Shown piece by piece: positions 9,780 through 44,523 of a DNA stretch of 44,523 bases. The DNA lies in the NCBI GenBank assembly GCA_900617105.1, contig UYFQ01000049.1, positions 1 to 44,523 on the forward strand. The letters run 5' to 3'. The stretch is from Hydrurus foetidus. Lineage: Eukaryota. The notes below the pieces were generated by a model, which saw only the letters and a program-made list of their open reading frames with translations, was not told the DNA's origin and ran no database searches. The stretch's first letter is position 1; each line of letters begins with the position of its first letter. A program made the position numbers and the translations under genes.

Positions 9780-11519
9780 TCAATCAATCCGTCTCTTCGC
9801 CGGCATGACAAGATCACCAGTCGATGGGAAAAGTCGCAAGTAAATGCTAGAAGCGCACCCACTGAAAGACACCACAGCAGCAGAGTTATTTCTTTTCTTC
9901 CACTTTCTCTCATACCACTGAATGTACTCTCGAGTGGTCATGCCGCGGCACATGAAGGTGAAGTGGAGACACAGCAACACGAAGAAGATGAACCACCAGA
10001 GCGCAGTCCAAATCAAGAAATATCTCGTAGATATCTGCACCAAGCAGTCTGCGTGCTCCACATGAGACACTTCAGCTTCAGTCACCTCCACAGCAACAGA
10101 TGGTGAGAGAACGGCCTTGATGTGGTGCCAAGCATCAGCACCTCCGAACCCTTCACACCGATGCGAGCGGTCTCGGTCTTGAAGGTGGTAGCAGCAATTA
10201 AGGAAGAATAGCGGTATCACCGCCCACACAGCTGCAACCAGAGACCCGATGTAGTTAGGGTAGTTGTCCCTGCCGACATGGTTTTGAAGGAAGACACAGT
10301 AGTGATCGAACTGCGGAATGCATCGACCTAGGGTCCTGGAGTGATATCCGTGAAGGGGTCTGTGTACCCGGCAGTAGTGGCAGCAGAACTCAGTAGACAG
10401 CAGGTCGTCTGAGTCCTCCACCTGCTCCAACTGCTCAGACCGACATTTCCTCGCGATGTTGCTCGATGAGTAGATCAAGTTCAAGGCAGTGCTGTATGTC
10501 CTCTTTCTCTCGACAACGTCACTGCCTGTCTCGAAGTCATGATGTTTCCTGACCTGACTTGATGTGCCGCTCGGATCTGAGAGAATGGATCCTGGACTTT
10601 TAATGCAGAGATTGCTGTACAGACTCCACACGAAGAGTTGGCCAATGATGCAGAGGAGGTTCCGCGTAAGTGATAGGAAAGATGCTGTCTCCGAATAGAC
10701 TGTGACAGCTGAAATGTAAAGAGAGATAGCCAGGGCAGTCCTCATCGACATGAAAATAATAGACTTCGGAAGTGTTCTGTAAATGGCCAAGATGAAAGCT
10801 CCAATGGCCTTGAGAAATCTGAATAGTTGGCCAGTGGTTAAGACCGTACTCTTTCTATCGCAGATCATTAACTCCTGATAATTGTGCTGGTTCCCAGCTG
10901 AGCGAATACTCTCGACATTCTTCTTCTTCTTCTCCGCGATGGCTGGATAGTGACGCTCCAAGAATGATTCCATTGGCCCCGAGCATTTGCTCGTTGAAGT
11001 GGGTACATTGAAGAGACTCGGATAGTAGTTGAAATCGTCACTCTCCTCAAGAGCTTTCGGATAAAGATAAAGTAGCACCGACAAAGAAGCCACATTGGAA
11101 TTTTTGAAAGCGATTTGGATTGCTGTTAGACCATCTCGATCTCGGGCACAAAGTCCTTCATCGAACTTACATTCATCTAAGCGGCTCATTGCATGAAGCA
11201 GTAGTATAACTAGGACATCTGGCTGATCATGCAGAGCTGCCACCATCAGTGAGCTTTTACCGTCGAATGGGTCCTGTGGAAGAGTGGGTCAGGAGTAGGC
11301 CAGTCAGATTATATCTACTCACGACGTTTGAGATAGTGGGATATGGTAGCATTGAAAAATTCTCTAACTCACAACTTTGAATGGGTCGGCGCCTTTCTCC
11401 AGCAAGTATCTGACCGCGTGCATCTGACCATCAGTGCATGCTACGCGAAGCTGCATGTTGAGCTCATCGGGGGACTTTACATCAGTTGCACCGATCGCGG
11501 TCCTCTTGTGTCGCCTCAT
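9780..11519 (-). CDS. Ankyrin-repeat DHHC-family palmitoyltransferase, Akr1-like DHYC variant (~546 aa; exons 11519-11373 and 11273-9780)
   Basis: Ankyrin-like repeats (VRYLLEKGADP, SSLMVAALHDQPDV, GLTAIQIAFKNSN) and hydrophobic TM segments. The Cys-rich domain is CHYCRVHRP...FDHYCVFLQNHVGRDNY, followed by a TTRE motif. A GTGAGT...CAG intron keeps the frame. Confidence 0.88.
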
Positions 11520-11813
11520 TCAAATACAGGTGCATCGCTGACAATCAGTGACTTTACAAAGTATGGTCCCATTCAGTCCTACTAACGGAGGAGATGACAG
11601 CTCACTATTTCAAGAATATCGTCAGAAAAGCTACCATTGATGCATTTCAGCAATTGTAAAGGACTTTCTTAATCAAACTTGATGGGAAACGGAGGTGAAG
11701 CGTAACACGGGACTGTGTCAATTCAAACTGACGTATCTATCAGCGTGAACTCGAAATCACTCAAATAATATCACATCTCACATCACATGACACATGATGC
11801 CAAAAATTGATCG

Positions 11814-12511
11814 GATCCCAGTGCTGTCAAAAAGTCCGCACGGTGTCAAAAAGTCCGCACGGTGTCAAAAAGTCCGCACGGTCACTTTAGCCCCGATAAC
11901 TTCGGAAATAAAAAACTTTGGGAAATTGTCTCAAGTAATTGATATGTGCTTTCCATGAATCGAAATAAAGTCTGAAAATAATTTTATTCCACTGATATTT
12001 CCTCACCTCAATTTCCATCGGCAACTTCAGCTTTAGAGAGAAATAGGGTATTCATCTAGATAAGAATAGTCCAGTTTGCGAGGAATTGACTTGAGGATTT
12101 CTCGAGATACAATGACTTCGGTCGTAAATCGAGGTGTTTTTACGGTTTTCGGGTGTGTTTTTTCACCAATTCCGTTGGAAAACATCTCGATTTACGACTG
12201 AAGTCATTGTATCTCGAGAAATATTCCGTTTCAAGTCAAACCCTCGCGGTTCCATACTAAGTGGACTATTCTTATCTAGATGAATACCCTATTTCTCTCT
12301 AAAAACAAGTTTGGTCAAATTTGGGAAAAGCGAATATTGAGGTGAGGAAACATCAGTGGAATAAAATTATTTTCGGACTTTTTTTATTTCGAATTCATGG
12401 AAAGCACTATCAAATTACATGAAAGCAATTTTCCAAAGTGTTTTTTGAAATTTATCCATGGAGTTATCGGGGCTAATTTAACCGTGCGGACTTTTTGACA
12501 GCACTGGGATC
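11814..12511. mobile_element. Non-autonomous fold-back DNA transposon (MITE-like), almost entirely one imperfect palindrome
   Basis: The left end GATCCCAGTGCTGTCAAAAAGTCCGCACGGT mirrors the right end ACCGTGCGGACTTTTTGACAGCACTGGGATC. The arms pair over ~300 bp to a short loop near 12146-12171. No ORF. Confidence 0.88.
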
Positions 12512-13344
12512 GACATGCAGGATGGCGAGTATTCATTTGATTTTTTGGCACCAAATTTAGATGATTGCGTCAGCTAATTTGCTACTTCTCTCATGTAGGT
12601 AAATGTGAAGTATTGCCTTAACCTCAGTTCATTACTCACTTTTAACCGTTTTAATCAGGTACGACGTAATATGCGTTCTATTGCTATTGCCAGAATCTTG
12701 CTTCTGACGTACTCCTGATAGTTAGTTACCTGCGCCCACGCATTGCGATTTTCAAACGAGACACATCATGAAGTGCTATCCGGACAGTGATGACGCGCAA
12801 CCACTGAAGACATGGCATGATCCGCAATTGACTATCGCATGTAGGACCTAGAACCCTCTCTTCTCTTCCCTTCGAGAGATCGAGGCAACAGAAAAAGATA
12901 GCAGTGGAGCGAGTGTTTGATTAAGTCGCAGAACCATTCTAAGGTGGGGCCTGACTACAGCAGGCTCACACGGAAAGCGCGAGAAACATTGAACATAATA
13001 CACACTGAGAGAGAAGAGAGGGAGGAAGTATGGGTGTATGGTGGTGACTGACGAGAAGCGGAGGATAAAATCTGAAAAAGATTCGAGAAAAGTTGGAAAT
13101 TGGACATAAAAGTGAAACATGGGGAAAGAGAAATGGTGGAGAAATTGCATGAGAAAAGTAGTATTAGCTGTGCTATCATAAGTAGCATCATGCCAACGCT
13201 AAACTACTTGATAATGATGTCCGTGTTCATGACAACAATCACGTACGGTACAGTTTAATGTAGAAAAGAACAGCACAAAGTGGCGGTGGTGCCGTATTGA
13301 GTCGAGTCGAATCGAGTCGAGTCGTGTCGGGCTATGGAGTGCGA

Positions 13345-14661
13345 TCACACGGTGTTCTCCATCTTGGGAATTCTGTCCCAGCTGATGCGGGGCTGCAGCC
13401 ACAGAGCCACGTAGACCAAGGCAAGCAGAGCGGGCACCTCCACTAGGGGTCCGATGGTAGCTGCGAGGGCCTCGGGGCTGTTGGCTCCGAATGTTGCTGC
13501 TGATACAGCAATGGCGAGTTCGAAGTTGTTGCTCGATGCGGTGAAGGCCTGGGTCACCGCTTTCTCGTACCCAAAGCCGAGCCGTCCGCATAGGAAAAGG
13601 GAGCTGAAAAACATCAAAATGAAATAGACCACCATGGGGACGGCGACACGGCAGACATCCCCGATGTTGTCCACGATGTTTCTCCCCTGGATGCAGAAGA
13701 TGGCGAAGATGGTCCACAGGAGGGCGATCAAGGCCACTGGACTGATGACCGGGTTGAAGTTCGCTTCCATCCAGTCGCGACCAGCAGTGCATATAATGGC
13801 GACCCTGGTCAGCAGGGCAGCGACAAGCGGGACGCCTAAGAAAAGCAAAACTGACTCAAAAACGTCGAGAAAACTCAAGTTAAATTTCCCTTTCTCTTGA
13901 TATTGGTGCGAGATGACGACGAGGAAGAAGATGGCCAATGGCGCGTAGAGGATGATCTGAAGAACACTGTTCATGGAGACAAGGATGGCGCAGTATTCTG
14001 GGTCGCCTCTCGCTAGCTGATTCCAGATCAAGACCATCGCTATACAGCGTGCAAGGCCCACCATGATCACACCGTTTCTGTACAAGGGCTTGTCAGGGAG
14101 ACACAGCCACGCGACAGCCAACATGAGGAAGGGACCGAAGATCTGCAGAGTGTAATTATCTATTATGTGAGCATGCGACAAATGTTGATACGTAGAACAG
14201 AAACAGATTAGGAAATTGACTAACCCAATTAGCCAGGATGCTGAATCCCATCTGGGTGTAAGTGTCTCGGAGCTTAAAGAGCCTGCCGAAATCTTCCCAA
14301 CGGACTTTCACGAGGACTGGATACATCATAAACCAAAGACCAAATGCTACTGGAAGACTCACGCTGACGACTGTGCAAACACAATGTCGTACAGATTTGA
14401 AATGTTTTGACTTCATGTCATACCAAGTTTGAGATATTGTGGTTTACCGTTGATTCGAGCGAGGCCACTCTGTGTTTCTGGTGAATAGAACCCTGTAACC
14501 ACTCCAATTATCATCGCTGATATGATCCACACTGACAAGAATCGATCCACGAACGACAAGCTGCCAATTATAGAAGTTGTCTTCGCCTCATTATCAAAAG
14601 CTGTTGGAGGGCATTCCACCTCAACATAATCCTTGTCATCTGCCTTGAGAGCTGAAACCAT
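13345..14661 (-). CDS. ACR3: ACR3-family arsenite/antimonite efflux permease (~385 aa; exons 14661-14448, 14370-14225, 14142-13345)
   Basis: Signature motifs LSFVDRFLSVWI, GLWFMMYPVL, NWIFGPFLM, GLARCIAMVLIWNQLARGD, ASSNNFELAIAV and IGPLVEVP. Two GT-AG introns keep the frame (1158 nt coding). Confidence 0.95.
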
Positions 14662-16483
14662 GGCTTCTTTTGGTTTCGTTCGATGACTTTGAAAATCGTA
14701 GAGGAGAAAGACGTCTCAAATTTGAAAATTGTATTGCATGGAGCAAAACGCTGACGGCTACCGTTGAGTCTCGATCTTCTCCTGGTCGCTCTCCCATCTC
14801 CCAGCAGATTTTGATTGATCCCAGATCGTTGGATTATTTTCGCTGTTTTTAGTTTTTAGTTTTATTACTGAAACTAAGTCCGATTCGATTCGATTTTCCC
14901 CAAAGGGATCCGGCAGAAAACTGAACAAAAGCCGCGGCAGAGGGCGAGTTGAGCTCCTGCCTCCTGCACTCTGCACTTCGTACAGTTAAGTAGACCCCAC
15001 GTGAGCGGGAGCCCTACTCATCTTGAAGAGAAGGCCTCAGATAGTATGCTGTGGGATCTTTTCAGCTATGGCAGAGGTACCGTAGGGATCCCAAGAAATA
15101 ACCGGAGTACAATATCTGAGGCCCTACCAAGAGGACGGGCAGGACCTTGGGTCATCATACTCAATAGTTAAATATTGAATGTTCCTATCCATGTGAAATA
15201 TTCTGTTAACTATCATAGATCCGAAATTGAGGATGCAGAGTATACCGCGATGAGAGATGATAAAGATGTTGAACTGCATTGAAGTCGCTGGATGGTAGAG
15301 CACATTACATACGTCACAGTAACAGTAACAATTAGAAGTTAGATGCACTCAAACCTGACGAGAATGTGTACCAGTGACTTATGTCAGATTTTTCTTGAAG
15401 CGACCTTTTTGAAATATTTTCGCAGCATAAACGTACTGCGTATCTTCATCGGGGGGGTGCGAACAACTGTCCACCCTTTAGGGAGGGTCTGACGAAGAGT
15501 TTCAATCTTCATCCCATGTAGGGAAGAGGGAGGGACCCCGTACCTTAGTTCTACCAAAATGAAAAACTGGCCAATGCAACGCTCAACAAAATACTACCGG
15601 GTAAACGACATGCGACTAAAATTAATTTTAAAAATATACAGAGCCAGACATTTGAAAATGAAATTGGCTGGAGAATAAGAAACATGTATGGACAATTATT
15701 CGGAATTCAGTTGAGGAGATAGAAAAGGGGATCGAGTTGCGTTGCGTTGCGTTGTGTTGTGTTGCGTTAGTGTAGCTCGAGAGCAGGAGGGAGAGGAGGG
15801 GAGAGGAGGGTGAGATAAGTCTGCTCTTTTCCACTCCACTTTATTTCCTGACTTCCATCTCCAGCCCACTAGCAGTGCTGTGCGGCACATTGCGTGGGTA
15901 GATAACAGTCTAGCCGTCGTGTGTGTGCTGCATCGTAAACGACATCGACATCAGCAATGCAATGCAATGCAATGCCTGTGATCTCCATGAGAGTGGAGGA
16001 GAGAAGGAGGGAGGGGGGAAAAGATGAGTGAGCTCGCCATCTGCGTGTCTGAGCAAAGCACTCTACAGTGAGATGCATTCCAGTGACTACCAACTTCAAC
16101 TTCAACTCCAGTAAACGATTGTGCGAATTGTAGGCTATTACAATATATCATAGTATAATATAGTATATAGTGAGGTGCGGTGTGGTGTAGTGTGATATTG
16201 TATGATATGGCGTGGTATGATATGGTGCTGCGAGGGGGAGGGGGAGTCTTGATTTTGAGTGTAGTGAGTTGTGGTGAGGCTCTGCTCCTCTTCGAGAGGA
16301 GTGGGGTGGAATGTGTAGGGTCAGGGTCCTTCGTGTAATGCGGTGCGGTGCGGGGTGTAGATAACTGTGATGGTGCTGTAGTGCGCTGTGGTGAGGTGAC
16401 TGGAGTGACGTCATCTCTAGAGCCCCCGTATGTAATGTCACATTACGTCATGTCATGTCGTGTCATGGCATGGCACCCTGTCT

Positions 16484-16541
16484 GATTCGATTCGATTCGA
16501 TTTGATTCGATTCGATTTGATTCGATTCGATTCGATTCGAT
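16484..16541. repeat. (GATTC)n pentanucleotide microsatellite just 3' of the HECT gene stop
   Basis: Directly visible. Confidence 0.9.
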
Positions 16542-16568
16542 CTTCTGCGTCCCGTCTCAGTGATCTGA

Positions 16569-42228
<25,660 letters not shown>

Positions 42229-42807
42229 ATTCAGAATAGATGTCAATTATATTTTTTTTACTGACACTCAACCCGGAAAGATACACACCGATGGTGATCT
42301 GTCAATTCAGCTGCGCGCTCAGGGCAGCAAAAGCCTGCCAGTACCTTCACAGGACCCCAGGCTGTTGCAGCTGCTATTCTATAAGCTGGAAGAGTAAACT
42401 GCGACTGCGACAATCTCCAAAACGCAACGTGAAGAAGAGATAAGAGAGAATAAGCAATACACAGCTCGAGACAAGCATCCGGTATCTCCGGTAAACCCGG
42501 TATGCGCTGATGTGCTAGGTACGTGCGGCCCGACTATCCAGCAAACCGACCCAGCAAACAGCTTCCAGCATGTTGACGGATCTCAAGTTTCGAAGTCGCG
42601 TACAGCCTCTCGCAGTACGTGGATCGTGGATCGCTTAGTCAAGACTCGTGAAATAAGCTTGGTGTAGTCAGTAATCACTTGTTAATTAACTGTGCTTCAT
42701 CCCTAAGTCCCCGAGTCCCTTTCAACGCAACAACAACATTCAATCATACACTACTGTTGAAGTATTCAGTGACGATGCACGGATCCATTCATCGTCTTCA
42801 CGCATGT

Positions 42808-42810
<3 letters not shown>

Positions 42811-42838
<28 letters not shown>
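42811..42838. repeat. (CA)n microsatellite
   Basis: Directly visible. Confidence 0.9.
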
Positions 42839-42840
<2 letters not shown>

Positions 42841-43022
42841 ATAATCCGTCCGTCCGTACGAAAGCATAAGTACACTGATTGTGTTCGTGCCATAAACTCA
42901 GATATTATCTCCAACACACCCCTATGCAACATCACAATCAACTCTTTTCACGCATCACGCATATGTCTTTAATTAAATGCTGTCTATGCTACTCTCTCTT
43001 GGTCCCATCCGGTAAGCGCCTG

Positions 43023-44523
43023 TGTGACCCGCACACCCGTACGGGCTGTACGGGTACAGGCGTACGTTCGGACCGGATCGAGGACGATCCGATCCATCCG
43101 ATTCATTGCCATGATACCTGCTGTGTTTACCTGTAAGCTAACCACATTGTTTCCATAGCAAAAGCTCTCCCAGCTTCTTTTCCCTTGCTCCCGCTCCCAG
43201 CCGTCCCGCTCCCAGTGCCTAGATCCTGGCAAGGCCACAATACCGGTATTTGGAACCAGCTAGTGATCTCTCAGATCCAAGTTGACCAAACGTCCCAACA
43301 AAAAATCCCGCAACGACCGTAAAACAGTCTGAGCAACAAGTTGAGTAACTCTTCAGGAGTGAAAACCACCCAAAACGATATTACAAAGGTCTCGTCAACG
43401 CGACAGCCTCTGAATCGTAGTCGTTCGCGACCTCAAATATTGGCGATTTATTCCCAAAATATCGTGTAGCTCTTCTACGCGAAGGCTTACGAAGGAAAGG
43501 AACTTGCAAGCAAGTAACACCTCCCAAACTCGTTCACGAACGAAATCCAACGCGCCCACGCCCAGCTTCGTTCCTTACGAAGCCGCCGCCCACGTCCAAA
43601 TTTTGTTGCGATTTCCTCCCGAAATCGCACCAAACCATTCCAATCCCCCTGACTCCTACTACCACACCCTTAACCTACTATTCCTCACCCTCGACCAACC
43701 TACTCCTCTTTTCCCTGAATCACCGCGTCCGCGTTCCGTCGCTGTCCAAGACGCAGAGTTCCAGTGAGATTTCCCACGCCAAGTTTTCAAGATGGTTAAG
43801 GCCCAAAAACCCAAGGAAAAGAGCTCTAGCGAAGCTAGCTCGTCTTCCAAACGCTCCAAACCCCAAAATATCCTCTTCCTATCGGATAAAGAGAAGGCTA
43901 AACTCGAGCGTCTCGCTCGAGAAGACAATATAGCCAACTCCATGAAGACGCTGGGCAAATCGGCTATCAAAGCCTCGAGCACCCATACGCGCATATCCGA
44001 TGAATTGGCGGCAAACGAAGCACGCTTTCTGCAGCTACAACAAGAACGTGAACGCAATCGCGTGCGACTTGAAGTGCTGCAGGAACAGGCTGACAACAGA
44101 TCTGATCTCGAAGATCAAGAACTAAAAGACTTGTCAGCCTGGATGCAAGAGACAAATGACTTACACAGTCTAAACCCTCAGTCAGATGAGGATGGCTCTC
44201 CAATCCGACCCCAAACCGAAGAAGAAGAGGATATCAATCCTTCTCAAACGGAAGAGGGCGACGACACAATCGGTACCAAAATATCTCCGAAGAAAATTCT
44301 CTCCGACGATGATAACGTCTCGGTGTCTGACAACGTCTCGGAAGAGGCGGAAGACGAACAAACCAACGACGAGGACGAAGAGGAAGACAACAACCCCGAC
44401 GATACCAAGTCCAAATCGGACGAGGAAAATCAAAGTGAGTCGGAAGCGTCAACCACCGTCACCAAAACCGAGAAGAAGAAAAGGCGATGCCAATCAAACC
44501 CCTGCCAAAACAAGGGAGGCGAA
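43023..44523 (+). mobile_element. LTR-retrotransposon-like element C, 5' portion (continues off the right edge), relative of element A
   Basis: Starts TGTGACCCGC. It shares the terminal ~124 bp and leader motifs (GACAGCCTCTGAA, CCGCGTCCG.GTTCCGTCGCTGTCCAAGAC) with the reverse complement of 2064-2830. Confidence 0.8.
43792..44523 (+). CDS. N-terminus of the Gag-like protein of element C (partial, open to the window edge)
   Basis: MVKAQKPKEK...LSDKEKAKLERLAREDNIANSMKTLGKSAIKASSTHTRI aligns with element A LTEKEKHKAEQALVKQNIEKSIQALAKEAIHVSATPTRL, and is followed by a similar acidic tract. It is not in the ORF track because there is no stop. Confidence 0.8.
   Translation, partial: MVKAQKPKEKSSSEASSSSKRSKPQNILFLSDKEKAKLERLAREDNIANSMKTLGKSAIKASSTHTRISDELAANEARFLQLQQERERNRVRLEVLQEQADNRSDLEDQELKDLSAWMQETNDLHSLNPQSDEDGSPIRPQTEEEEDINPSQTEEGDDTIGTKISPKKILSDDDNVSVSDNVSEEAEDEQTNDEDEEEDNNPDDTKSKSDEENQSESEASTTVTKTEKKKRRCQSNPCQNKGGE

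Noticed and set aside
15033..15123. 11-bp inverted repeat GGCCTCAGATA/TATCTGAGGCC as a structured ncRNA (RNase P/MRP considered)
   Set aside because: The conserved P4 partner motifs are not found at workable spacing, and one stem alone is insufficient.

Overview
This is eukaryotic nuclear DNA with short GT-AG introns and many microsatellites. A protist, plausibly a stramenopile, is inferred from gene style only. From left to right the window holds: (1) the 5' half of an LTR-retrotransposon-like element A (minus strand, 1-2830, frameshifted Gag with a CCHC knuckle); (2) a ~1.08-kb near-identical duplicate carrying msrA (2831-3909); (3) a decayed, truncated gag-protease element B (minus, 3910 to about 6125 plus leader); (4) tRNA-Leu(CAG); (5) the second msrA copy (8439-9516); (6) an Akr1-like ankyrin/DHYC palmitoyltransferase; (7) a ~700-bp fold-back MITE; (8) an intron-containing ACR3 arsenite exporter; (9) a ~25.7-kb, 14-exon giant HECT E3 ligase of about 7,190 aa with five SPRY-like domains and other modules; (10) the 5' end of element C (plus strand, 43023 to the edge), a diverged relative of A. 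Most interesting: the A/C retroelement family keeps hairpins and a palindrome through sequence change and shows no obvious tRNA primer site, msrA may give both a leader-bearing and a myristoylated form, and the msrA duplication has a testable history. No wholly new system can be proven from the sequence alone.
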